Shown: positions 51,483 through 60,619, counted from the stretch's first letter. The stretch is DNA of 64,000 nucleotides from Candidatus Uhrbacteria bacterium (GCA_016187515.1 JACPJN010000007.1:4046-68045), one strand, 5' to 3'. Numbers and translations are program-made. The notes: a model not told the origin generated them from the sequence alone.

Positions 51483-52790
51483 ATGAGGCGTCTAATCGTC
51501 TTCTCAATTTTTAATCTCCTGCTAATGGTACCGGCAACAGTACACGCAGTGGGCTCGTGCGCCACATTGCAAAATGCGCTCATTGAACAATGGAGAGCAG
51601 TATGTGCCGTCGGTCTTTATGAGGGCAGCACGCTTAATTCAAATTTCTGCGACAACATTACCGATCCTGATCGCCATCTCAATATGTGTCGCAGAGATGA
51701 TGTAAATAGACGGTGTGTGGCGCGCGATTCAGCTATTGTAAGCTTGTGTAATTATGGTCGTAGCCAAGGAATCTGTGCAGGCCTTTGCGCTCAAGATATA
51801 ACTATTCCAGAAACAGTCCCCCCGCCCGGACCCACCGAACCGGAGTTGGCCGCCGAAGGAGTCATCCTCCCGCGCCTGCAGATTGATATTCCCACCCTGC
51901 AACCGTTTACTCGTCCGCGCACCTATCAAGAAGGCGAACAAGTATTTCTAGACATTGGTTTTATTGGCCAATATATTGTCGGGCTTTACCAATATCTGGT
52001 GGGCATTGTCGGGATTTTAGCCGGAGTCATCTATACCTGGGCCGGATTCCGCTGGCTGACCTCCGGCGGCGATCCGGAAAAAATCGGCGATGCCAAGAAA
52101 AAAATCGCCGGAGCCACCATGGGACTCGTGCTGGTACTCGGCTCCTATCTCGTGCTTTATCTGGTAAACCCCGCATTAACGGTCTTTGAACCGCTGCGAA
52201 TTGAGTATGTAAAACGGATTCCACTGGAGACCCCGGAAGAATCGGACAACTCCTTTGATGCCGCGGCCGCGACGTTATGCCCAGGCGCCAATGAGTTCCA
52301 ACCCGTACCGCGCACCGCGACTAACCTCGGATTGCGAACCGGGAAAGATCTGCTTATACCGGAGGCCGGACAAAAACTGCTGGAGGCCGCGCGCATTGCG
52401 GATGAGCGCGGCTATGGCCTGTGGGTCTGCTCGGCTGGGCGCACTCTTCAACAACAACAAGCACTTTGGGATAGCGCCTTACGGCAGCACGGCAGTGAAG
52501 AGGTGGCTCGCCGATATGTGGCGCAACCGCGCTGCGGCGCGCCGCATTTAACCGGCCGTACCGTGGATATAACCTTATGGACCAAAGATCTTGCCCAACC
52601 AGTAACCGGCGACGGCTGCACTAGAAGAAATGTCAGCGCCGCAAATGCCGCGCAAACCACGGCACAGCAGCGCGTACTTCAAGAAATAATGTTTACCGCC
52701 GGATGGCGCCGCTACTGTGGCGAATGGTGGCACTTTGAGTTTGGCACTCCCCGTGCGCAGCGTGCCGGAAGCAGCCCCTGCGCAAATTAA
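51483..52790 (+). CDS. pilin-like (VirB2/TrbC-type) membrane segment fused to an M15 D-Ala-D-Ala peptidase
   Basis: AGFRWLTSGGDPEKIGDAKKKI.GA..GL; R....Q..LW, PHLTGRTVD, EWWHF. Confidence 0.8.
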   Translation: MRRLIVFSIFNLLLMVPATVHAVGSCATLQNALIEQWRAVCAVGLYEGSTLNSNFCDNITDPDRHLNMCRRDDVNRRCVARDSAIVSLCNYGRSQGICAGLCAQDITIPETVPPPGPTEPELAAEGVILPRLQIDIPTLQPFTRPRTYQEGEQVFLDIGFIGQYIVGLYQYLVGIVGILAGVIYTWAGFRWLTSGGDPEKIGDAKKKIAGATMGLVLVLGSYLVLYLVNPALTVFEPLRIEYVKRIPLETPEESDNSFDAAAATLCPGANEFQPVPRTATNLGLRTGKDLLIPEAGQKLLEAARIADERGYGLWVCSAGRTLQQQQALWDSALRQHGSEEVARRYVAQPRCGAPHLTGRTVDITLWTKDLAQPVTGDGCTRRNVSAANAAQTTAQQRVLQEIMFTAGWRRYCGEWWHFEFGTPRAQRAGSSPCAN

Positions 52791-52961
52791 AAAACCCCGG
52801 CGCGGAGGTCATGGACCGTTTTGGTCGCTCCGGCCAGGGGTACTGCTGGTTCACGCGCACTTACCGCGCGCGTTTTCTTCGGCTTGCTCGAAGGCAAGCC
52901 GGCGCAACCTATCCGCGAAGATCCGCGTACACGTTGCGTTATGGTGAGCTAGCGAGGTCCG

Positions 52962-53249
52962 CTAGCTGAAGAGGGACGGCCTTCCCGCGGGCCGCGCCAG
53001 GGCCGGGTACCGGCCGCTGCGCAGCGCCGAGCCGAGCCACGGACGCCCGGTGGCGCGCCGGTAGGCCTCGCCGGCCTCCAAGCCGCCCCGCGTGAGGCGC
53101 TCGTAGATCCCCACCTCACTGCCCGTCATGCCGGAGCAGACGGCCTTGTCGCGATGCACGACCGTTCCGTCCGGCAACTGGAGCTGATTGGCCGGCTCCA
53201 GCCGCAGGTGGCAGCCGGGGCAGCCCTCCTCGCCATTTCCCCTGATCAT
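52962..53249 (-). CDS. small orphan with CxxC...H...C motif
   Basis: purine-rich SD; cassette-type terminator near 52789-52840. Confidence 0.5.
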   Translation of the reverse strand: MIRGNGEEGCPGCHLRLEPANQLQLPDGTVVHRDKAVCSGMTGSEVGIYERLTRGGLEAGEAYRRATGRPWLGSALRSGRYPALARPAGRPSLFS

Positions 53250-53556
53250 GGTCTTTCCTTTCCTCTTCCTTTGTTTGACTGCTTTCCCCCTTCTCACGCG
53301 GCAAGCGCAGTCCGGGCTTTTCCGCGTGTTTTTTGCGCGCCTTTTTTTGAATTAGCCAAAGCCCTCCTTTGGTTTTGCTGCGGCGCGAGCGTGAAATTGA
53401 CTCTCCCGAATACTGAAGTTAACAGGGATGGCAGCCCTGCACCCCTAAAGTATTCAATCAATTTCCGTGCTCACGATCTCCCGCGCCAAGCGTGAAAAAG
53501 CGCGAATACGGAAAAGTTGAACCTATTCTACAATAGACGATTAAAATTGTCAATAC

Positions 53557-55953
53557 TTACTCCAAATGCGCCTTTCCTTCTTTTTGCATAATCTCGGCCC
53601 GTAATTGTGGATAACTGCGCAACTCCGGATCCTGGGCAAGCAACTCCTGTGCGGCCGCTTTGGCCGCTTTGGCAATCTCGACATCCGCAAAAGAGGCAAT
53701 TTTGAACTCCGGGAACCCGGACTGGGCGGTTCCGCTATAGATTTCCCCTGGGCCGCGCAGTGCTAAGTCGCGCTCGGCCAGCTCAAAACCGTTGTCACAC
53801 TCTAAAAACGCCTTAAGGCGTGCCGGACCCCTCCTCACCTCCCCTTCTCCTCCCGAGGCGGATCCGCCTTGGGCGGAAAAAGGGGAGGAAATTTCCCCCC
53901 CTGCCCGAGGGGGGGTTCGGGGGGGTGGGAGATCATCCACCATCAGCAAACAATACGATTGCGCCTCTCCGCGCCCGACTCTACCCCTAAATTGATGCAG
54001 TTGTGCCAAACCAAAATTCTGTACCCCTTCGATCACCATGACGGTAGCATTCGGAACATCAATGCCCACCTCAATCACGGGAGTGGCCACCAGGATATCA
54101 ATCCTGCTCATTTTGTCATTCTGAGCCGGAGGCGAAGAATCCCGTCCACCACGAGAATCACGGGATCCCTCGCTTGCGCTCGGGATGACAGAAGCGAATT
54201 CCTCCATCACTTTCTCGCGTTCTTTGCTCTTCATCCGGCCATGCAAAAGTCCTACGTGCAAATCTGGGAATATGTCATTTTTCAAATGCTCAAACACTTC
54301 GGTGGCGGCTTTGACTCCTAGGGTGTCGGAGGGATCAATAATCGGACAAGTCCAAAATACCTGATGGCCGGCGGCAACTTGCCCGCGCACAAAGTCATGA
54401 GCTTGTTCGCGGGACCAGACCGCATCCTCACCCTGCCCCCCTCCCCTAACCCCTCCCACCAAGGGAGGGGGATTTGTTTTTACTCCCTCTCCCCTTGTGG
54501 GAGAGGGCGGGGGTGAGGGGTGGTCCGCCACCAAAATCGTCTCAATCCTCTGCCTCCCTTTCGGCATTTCTTTGAGCACCGAGATATCCAAATCGCCATA
54601 AAACACGAGCGCTAAACTGCGCGGAATTGGCGTGGCGGTCAGCGTGAGCAAATGCGGCATCAGACCGTCGCCGCGTTTTTCTTTAAGCGCCGCGCGCTGG
54701 GAAACCCCAAACCGATGCTGTTCATCCACAACCGCGAGCACCAGATTTTTAAACTTCACGCCGCCCTGGATTAGCGCGTGGGTGCCAACGATTACATCCG
54801 CCTCGATCAGTTGCTTCTTTCTTTTCTCCTCTCCGATGCGCAAAGCAATCGTAATTCCCTGCGGTTCCAGAAATTTTGAAAATGTCTTAAAATGTTGGCG
54901 CGCCAAAATCTCGGTCGGCGCCATAATCGCCACTTGCCCCCTCGACGCTAGACCCTCGACGCTAGACCCTAAAACGGCATTGAGCGCCGCAATCGCCACC
55001 ACCACGGTTTTCCCCGATCCCACCTCTCCTTCCAGGAGACGATTCATAGGGTGAACGAATTGAACTGAACTACCGTTGTTTAGTTGTTGAGTTGTTCGGT
55101 TGTTCAGTTCTTTGCGGCCACTCATATCGCAAAGAATCTCCCACGCGGCCTTGCGCTGATCATCAGTCAACTGGAACGGAAGTCCTTCCACGAACTTTTT
55201 AGTCACCGCTTCGTGAAATTCTACCTCGGGCGCCGAAATTTTTTTCAGCTCGCGCTTGAGGGACACCGCGAATAATTGCAAACGCAGTAATTCATCAAAC
55301 TTCAGCCGCCGGCGGGCCTCCTCCAGCTTGGCTTCATCCGGCGGGAAATGTATCGCGGTAAGCGCCTGCGGAAGGTGGGTCAACCCATAGCGATCCTTAA
55401 TCGCAACCGGAAGCGGATCCGGCACGCTTCGCGCAAGCGGAAGCGCCTGACGCACTAAAAACCGGATCTGCTTTTGCGATAACTTTTCAGTGGAGGGATA
55501 GACCGGCACCAGCCGCGCCGCATGCGTCGCGGGGCGTTTACTCACCTTCTCATACATCGGCGAGGAAAGATAAAGTCCGCTCCCTTCATCTTTCGCGTAC
55601 CCGACGAGATAAACTTCATCGCCGGATTTAAACATTTTCGCGACCCACGGCTGATTAAACCAAACCACGCGTACCGACCCGGTCCCGTCCCCCACCACGG
55701 CCTGGGTAAGCAGCTTGCGTTTCCACTTGCTTCGCGCGCTTTCAATCAGCTCCACTCTCCCGCGCACCACCACCCGCTCCCCGGGACGCACCGCTTTTAT
55801 TTCCGTCAGGCGAGAAAGATCGTCCCAGCGCGAGGGAAAATAAAAAAGAAGGTCCTGGGCGGTAAGGACCCCAAGGTGACGTAACTGGGAGGCAACTTTC
55901 GCGCCAATATGGGACAGTTCCGTGACAGGACTTGATAATATAGCCCGGATCAT
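53557..55953 (-). CDS. recG: ATP-dependent DNA helicase RecG with five repeat inserts
   Basis: GEVGSGKT, MAPTEILA, DEQHRFGV, TATPIPRS, QFRGRVGRG, DLALRGPGE. Confidence 0.96.
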   Translation of the reverse strand: MIRAILSSPVTELSHIGAKVASQLRHLGVLTAQDLLFYFPSRWDDLSRLTEIKAVRPGERVVVRGRVELIESARSKWKRKLLTQAVVGDGTGSVRVVWFNQPWVAKMFKSGDEVYLVGYAKDEGSGLYLSSPMYEKVSKRPATHAARLVPVYPSTEKLSQKQIRFLVRQALPLARSVPDPLPVAIKDRYGLTHLPQALTAIHFPPDEAKLEEARRRLKFDELLRLQLFAVSLKRELKKISAPEVEFHEAVTKKFVEGLPFQLTDDQRKAAWEILCDMSGRKELNNRTTQQLNNGSSVQFVHPMNRLLEGEVGSGKTVVVAIAALNAVLGSSVEGLASRGQVAIMAPTEILARQHFKTFSKFLEPQGITIALRIGEEKRKKQLIEADVIVGTHALIQGGVKFKNLVLAVVDEQHRFGVSQRAALKEKRGDGLMPHLLTLTATPIPRSLALVFYGDLDISVLKEMPKGRQRIETILVADHPSPPPSPTRGEGVKTNPPPLVGGVRGGGQGEDAVWSREQAHDFVRGQVAAGHQVFWTCPIIDPSDTLGVKAATEVFEHLKNDIFPDLHVGLLHGRMKSKEREKVMEEFASVIPSASEGSRDSRGGRDSSPPAQNDKMSRIDILVATPVIEVGIDVPNATVMVIEGVQNFGLAQLHQFRGRVGRGEAQSYCLLMVDDLPPPRTPPRAGGEISSPFSAQGGSASGGEGEVRRGPARLKAFLECDNGFELAERDLALRGPGEIYSGTAQSGFPEFKIASFADVEIAKAAKAAAQELLAQDPELRSYPQLRAEIMQKEGKAHLE

Positions 55954-55985
55954 GTAGAATAACTTCTAATGGTGTTCCAAACTTT

Positions 55986-56057
55986 GCCCCTGTAGTTCAA
56001 TGGATCGAATGCAAGATTGCGGATCTTGTGATCCAGGTTCGATTCCTGGCGGGGGCA
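55986..56057 (+). tRNA. tRNA-Arg, anticodon GCG, CCA not encoded
   Basis: GCCCCTG acceptor, CAAGA-TTGCGGA-TCTTG anticodon arm, GGTTCGATTCC T-arm. Confidence 0.92.
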
Positions 56058-56256
56058 GAGTTTGGAACAGCATGTCCCGATCGCGATCGGGATGATCTAG
56101 GTTCTGCGCCAAAGGCGCATCCGCCTCAGGCGGAGATTCCTGGCGGGGGCAGAGTTTGGAACGGCATGTCCCGATCGCGATCGGGATGATCTAGGTTCTG
56201 CGCCAAAGGCGCATCCGCCTCAGGCGGAGATTCCTGGCGGGGGCAGAGTTTGGAAC
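56041..56256 (+). repeat. 94-bp tandem repeat containing the tRNA 3' end
   Basis: gattcctggcgggggcagagtttggaac at 56041, 56135 and 56229. Confidence 0.92.
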
Positions 56257-56259
56257 AGA

Positions 56260-56751
56260 TTAGATTCTTAACATCCGGGCCAGCCAGTCGGAGATCGGCT
56301 CTTCGGTTTTGGAAGTATCCTCGCGGACCAGTCCGCGCAAAATCGCGCGGATACTATCGGGGTTAATCTCGCCAAGCGGGATTGGCAAACGCGGCCGCAA
56401 TCCTCCAAATTCAAAATAAAGCGTTTTTACCGCGGGCGGGGCATCCACCACCCAAAAATGATCTATATCTTTCCAGGGATAAAAACGCTCTCCCAGAGCA
56501 ATGCCGCGCTGCGCGATAATAAACCGATAGGCCCGCGGAGGCCGTAAACTGTGGGTCGCGAAAATAATGCCAAACATTATAACAATGAACGCGAAGAGAA
56601 AATTGCGGCTGCTCACGGCATAAATCAGCAAAAGTATCCCCACCGCTGCCGCCGCGATCGCCCAAGCCAATCCGCGGGCATGCTGATGATATTCCCGGAT
56701 TTCCCAGGAAAGTAACTCCGGCCCGTAATTACCCGTATTTGCTGTGGTCAT
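56260..56751 (-). CDS. conserved hypothetical two-TM protein
   Basis: W...EY..H.R...W, two TMs, PH-like tail. Confidence 0.75.
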   Translation of the reverse strand: MTTANTGNYGPELLSWEIREYHQHARGLAWAIAAAAVGILLLIYAVSSRNFLFAFIVIMFGIIFATHSLRPPRAYRFIIAQRGIALGERFYPWKDIDHFWVVDAPPAVKTLYFEFGGLRPRLPIPLGEINPDSIRAILRGLVREDTSKTEEPISDWLARMLRI

Positions 56752-56776
56752 AGGCAGTATTTTAAGTATACCACAT

Positions 56777-57535
56777 CTACACCTCCAGGATAGCGCCCAA
56801 AACCCAGAGTACCGCCACGCCTAAACCAAACGCGAGCATGTGCGATAAAATATGCCCCCGCCGCAGTTCTTTGTGTATTTCCGGGAGCAGATCAACGGTC
56901 GCGATATAGATAAAGCCGCCACCGGCAAGCGCGATAAGCGGTACTTCGACGCTCTCGGCTACCCCGGCGATAAAATAAACCAGCACTCCTCCGGCAATCG
57001 CGGCCAGCGCGGAAAACAGATTCCAACGAATCGCCTGTGCCCTGGTCATGCCCATCTGCTGCAACACGCCAAAATCGCCAACCTCCTGGGGAATTTCGTG
57101 AAGCAATACCGCGATCGCGGTAACCAACCCCAACGGCAGTGAAATCAAGAGTGCCGCGGCAATCGCGATCCCGTCTAAAAAATTATGCACCGTGTCGCCA
57201 ATAATCACCATGCTGCGGCGCGTTTTGTGAACGTCACAAATGCCTTCATGACAATGCGAGATCAACAGCAACTGCTCAATTACATAAAAAATCAGCAATC
57301 CAGTAAACACATAAAGCAGTACGCGGCCGGGCTCCACCCCCTCTAAATGTTCAAAGGCCTCCGGCAACAGATCAAAAAACGCCGCCGAAAGCATGGCCCC
57401 GGCCGCGAAAGAAACCAAATGCATCAGCCGTTCTTGGTTGCGCGCCAGGCGGCCGACAATGAAAAGCGCGGCCAGAACCCCGAGTACTCCTCCGATAATG
57501 GTGAGCCCGATAATTAATAGTAAAGTCATAAACAA
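56777..57535 (-). CDS. ZIP family metal transporter
   Basis: SFAAGAML, HNFLDG, HEIPQEVGDF. Confidence 0.92.
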   Translation of the reverse strand: MFMTLLLIIGLTIIGGVLGVLAALFIVGRLARNQERLMHLVSFAAGAMLSAAFFDLLPEAFEHLEGVEPGRVLLYVFTGLLIFYVIEQLLLISHCHEGICDVHKTRRSMVIIGDTVHNFLDGIAIAAALLISLPLGLVTAIAVLLHEIPQEVGDFGVLQQMGMTRAQAIRWNLFSALAAIAGGVLVYFIAGVAESVEVPLIALAGGGFIYIATVDLLPEIHKELRRGHILSHMLAFGLGVAVLWVLGAILEV

Positions 57536-57584
57536 TAGCCATTACATTTTTACCTGTCAATAATATCAAAAAGACACCCGGGAG

Positions 57585-58700
57585 TCAAACTCGCTTTCGC
57601 GCGAATCTCTCTCCGTACACGGCCAGAAAGGTGGCGATCGGAAAAGCGAGAGCGATCGCGGTGCTGCCGGCCAGCGTCCTAACAATTTCAACCGCGATAA
57701 TTTCACTATTTATCACTTGTCCATACGTCATCGCGACTTCTTCATTAAGTTTGAAAAGGAGCAAGAGGGGTAGTGATGCTCCCGCATAAGTAAGAAATAG
57801 AGTATTAACGATTGCCCCCAGATGGCTGTTGCCCACCTTAAATGCCATCTTAAATACTGGCCTGGAAGATAGCTCGGGATTGGCCTCCCTAATTTGCGCA
57901 ACGGTTTCGATCTGGCTGACTACCGCGTCATCAAGCACGCCGAGGGTGCCAATCAGCATCCCCGCTAAAAGCAAGCCCTGAAAATTAATCGCGCCCTTTC
58001 CAAGCGACATCAGATAAAGCGATTCCTCGGTCAATCCCGTCAGACGAGTTAGGTAGGTAAATAGTACCGAGATGCCCAGCGCTAAAAGCAGCGCGCCGGC
58101 AATGCTGACCGTCGCGAGATGGGCCCGGCTATTCCATCCTTCCGTTATGTAGATAGACAATACTACAACAGCCAGCGCTCCTAAAACGCTAACCAGTACC
58201 GGATTAGTTCCGTTTAGAATGCGCGGTATAATAAACCCCAGGATTACCGTAAAAGTCATGGCCAAACTCAAAAGCGCCCGCAAACCTTTGCGCCGGCCAA
58301 CCGCGATGATACTCAAAATAAAAAATCCGGCCAATAAATAAAGGTACGGCCGTCGGACATAATCAGTCACGGTAAATATCTCTTTGCCATCCGGTACTTT
58401 GTCATAATAGACAATCACCCGATCGCCTTTTTTATAAACTCCGGCATCAATAATATCGAGCTCGGAAATTCCCTGCGACAGCGCCTCGCGGCCTTTCCAA
58501 ACTCCGGTCAGACCGCGCAGGCGTAAATCCTGCTGGGTGACTTTTGATCCATCTTCACGAGTAAACGCGCGCTCGCGGATAATCTCGATGACCCGCGCTT
58601 CAAAAGTTTCACTAACGATAAGTGACGGCGGCGCATCCTGCGCTTTGGCAATGAGCGGCAACAGTAGTACGATAATACATAGCAGTCGAGATAATCTCAT
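57585..58700 (-). CDS. YibE/F family membrane protein
   Basis: IGTLGVLDD, VNTLFLTYAGASLP, EIVRT. Confidence 0.9.
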   Translation of the reverse strand: MRLSRLLCIIVLLLPLIAKAQDAPPSLIVSETFEARVIEIIRERAFTREDGSKVTQQDLRLRGLTGVWKGREALSQGISELDIIDAGVYKKGDRVIVYYDKVPDGKEIFTVTDYVRRPYLYLLAGFFILSIIAVGRRKGLRALLSLAMTFTVILGFIIPRILNGTNPVLVSVLGALAVVVLSIYITEGWNSRAHLATVSIAGALLLALGISVLFTYLTRLTGLTEESLYLMSLGKGAINFQGLLLAGMLIGTLGVLDDAVVSQIETVAQIREANPELSSRPVFKMAFKVGNSHLGAIVNTLFLTYAGASLPLLLLFKLNEEVAMTYGQVINSEIIAVEIVRTLAGSTAIALAFPIATFLAVYGERFARKRV

Positions 58701-58783
58701 ATAATTAAGCCAGTATATCATATTTCCAAACCATAAACCACCCTTGCGGGGTGGCTTGTTTTACTTCAGTAGATGGCGGGCCG

Positions 58784-58929
58784 TACGGGATTTGCCTTGC
58801 ACTACGCAGAGTGCATGGCACCCTGTACCCTATGTGGTGCAGGGTGAACCCTCATTCCGTGACCCCGCCCAAAGCGGGCCGTAGGGGATTTGAACCCCTG
58901 GTCTTCTCCGTGACAGGGAGACGTGTTAG
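58784..58929 (-). pseudogene. two tandem tRNA-Asp(GTC) 3' fragments; 5' acceptor strand missing
   Basis: TCTCC-CTGTCAC-GGAGA arm, AGGGGTTCAAATCCCCT-ACGGCCCG; second copy ends ACGGCCCGCCA. Confidence 0.7.
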
Positions 58930-58932
58930 ATA

Positions 58933-59277
58933 TTATTTCACAGCAGCGACAATCTTCGCAAATACGGCCGGGTGCTCAATGGCGAGTGTGGAAAGCACTT
59001 TGCGGTCAAGAGTAATGCCTTTCTTGTGCAGCGCGGAGATCAGCGTGGAGTACTTCATGCCTTCTTCGCGCGCGGCGGCATTGAGCCGAATATTCCAAAG
59101 CGCCCGGAATTCCCGCTTTTTGCGGCGGCGATCAACATAGGCGTGCGCGCCGGCCTTCAAAACCGCCGGCTTCATGAGCGTTATCTTGGACTTGCGTCCC
59201 CACTTGTACCCCTTGGTCGCGGCTAAAAATTTCTTCCTTCGTTTGATTCGATGTGTTCCTCGTTTGACTCGTGGCAT
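58933..59277 (-). CDS. rplT: 50S ribosomal protein L20
   Basis: MPRVKRG, RRRKKREFRALWNIRLNAA, LDRKVLS. Confidence 0.97.
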   Translation of the reverse strand: MPRVKRGTHRIKRRKKFLAATKGYKWGRKSKITLMKPAVLKAGAHAYVDRRRKKREFRALWNIRLNAAAREEGMKYSTLISALHKKGITLDRKVLSTLAIEHPAVFAKIVAAVK

Positions 59278-59362
59278 ATTGATCGGTGAATCAAGTGAAT
59301 CAAGCAAGACAAGCAAGTCAAGCTGCTTGATTTACCTGATTTACTTGCTTTACTTGATTTAC

Positions 59363-59560
59363 TTATTTAGCGTATGGCAGCAACTTCTTCACGTTGGGCG
59401 CGTGATGCTCGGAAAGCGATACATCCCGCCGCTTTTCGCGCGTTACTTTCCCCGGCTCGCGCGCGTTAAAATGATCCTGCCCGCCTTTGCGAATTAGAAC
59501 TTTTCCGGTTCTGGTAATTTTGAACCGCTTGGAAAGCGACTTTGGGGTCTTGAGTTTCAT
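59363..59560 (-). CDS. rpmI: 50S ribosomal protein L35
   Basis: KLKT.KS..KRFKITRTGK, LLPY. Confidence 0.95.
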   Translation of the reverse strand: MKLKTPKSLSKRFKITRTGKVLIRKGGQDHFNAREPGKVTREKRRDVSLSEHHAPNVKKLLPYAK

Positions 59561-59659
59561 ACATTTTGTGTACGAATTACGAATCTTGAACGAATATTAC
59601 GAATGTTGTAAATTCAAATTCGTAGTATTCGCAACGCCATTCGTTGATTCGTACACAGA

Positions 59660-60196
59660 TTATTTCTTCGCAATGACCATGGACAATACTCCGCCTTGTT
59701 TTTGAAATGGCTGGTCAATTCTGATCTCCGTAAATAAGGCCACAAAGTCCTGAAGAATTTTACGCGCCAGCTCCACATGCTGACGTTCGCGGCCGCGCAA
59801 AATAATTTCTATCCGTACGCGATTCCCTTCGTCCATAAACCGCTGCGCCATCTCTCTGCGCACCCCCAGATCATGGTCACCGATTCGCAGCGACAACCGC
59901 ACCCCCTTCACCTCCACTTCTTTGGCATGCGCTTTTTGCTTGCGCATCTCTTTAGTTTTTTGATATTTATATCTTCCGTAATCAGTAATTTTCGCAATCG
60001 GGGGTTGCGCATTGGGATTGATAAGCACAAGATCTAGCCCTTGCTCGCGCGCGAGCGTAAGCGCGGCCGCAGTATCCATAACATCAAGGTGTTCGCCTTG
60101 ATCGTTGATAACCCGAACCTGCGGGGCAGTAATGCCGGTGTTAAACCGGATTAACGGCCCTTGGGGTTTTTGCGGTCTTCTTCGAGAAATTCGCAT
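59660..60196 (-). CDS. infC: translation initiation factor IF-3
   Basis: VRVI, LDLV, DYGRYKY, LRGRE. Confidence 0.95.
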   Translation of the reverse strand: MRISRRRPQKPQGPLIRFNTGITAPQVRVINDQGEHLDVMDTAAALTLAREQGLDLVLINPNAQPPIAKITDYGRYKYQKTKEMRKQKAHAKEVEVKGVRLSLRIGDHDLGVRREMAQRFMDEGNRVRIEIILRGRERQHVELARKILQDFVALFTEIRIDQPFQKQGGVLSMVIAKK

Positions 60197-60229
60197 TGGG
60201 GAAGAGTTATTGAGTTATTGGTTATTAAG

Positions 60230-60619
60230 TTATTGGGTGGTTGAATCCTTGCGCCGCTCCAACAGATAGTGGATATACCCGTTCAACACTTTTCTCGCCG
60301 CGAGGTATTGTGCAATCAGTTGCTCACATGCTTCCAGTGGCGCCTGATGCAAATCACGGGCGGCGATAATGTGGTTGCGTGTCTCTTCAAGCGAACCTCG
60401 CGCCTGTCTGCAAAACTGAATATTCTCCTGATAATGGAACCTCCCAAATCCCTCCGCGATATTTGCGGGTGTTGAGGAACTACACCGTCTAAGCTGAGGC
60501 ACACGATTATACTTCTCATCAGCAGGCAATAATTTCACAAACTCATACACCTCAAGCATGATCTGATGAGTCAATCGCCATGCTTCTAGCTGGGTAAAAT
60601 CTACAATCTTCTCTTGCAT
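60230..60619 (-). CDS. four-helix-bundle protein (23S rRNA IVP / Avd-like family)
   Basis: FTQLEAW, LP.DEKY...QLRR...S..ANIAEGFGR, ARGSLEE. Confidence 0.92.
   Translation of the reverse strand: MQEKIVDFTQLEAWRLTHQIMLEVYEFVKLLPADEKYNRVPQLRRCSSSTPANIAEGFGRFHYQENIQFCRQARGSLEETRNHIIAARDLHQAPLEACEQLIAQYLAARKVLNGYIHYLLERRKDSTTQ

Noticed and set aside
55986-56256. Possible CRISPR array (three 28-bp repeats)
   Set aside because: The intervening sequences are near-identical and the repeat is a tRNA 3' end
58874-58945. Intact tRNA-Asp overlapping the rplT stop
   Set aside because: The upstream sequence cannot pair with the ACGGCCC acceptor strand and no complete D-arm forms
60185-60196. AUU start for infC
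   Set aside because: An in-frame ATG lies two codons upstream; the start cannot be decided from sequence alone
60230-60619. Diversity-generating retroelement
   Set aside because: Only the Avd-like gene is present; no reverse transcriptase or TR/VR pair in the window
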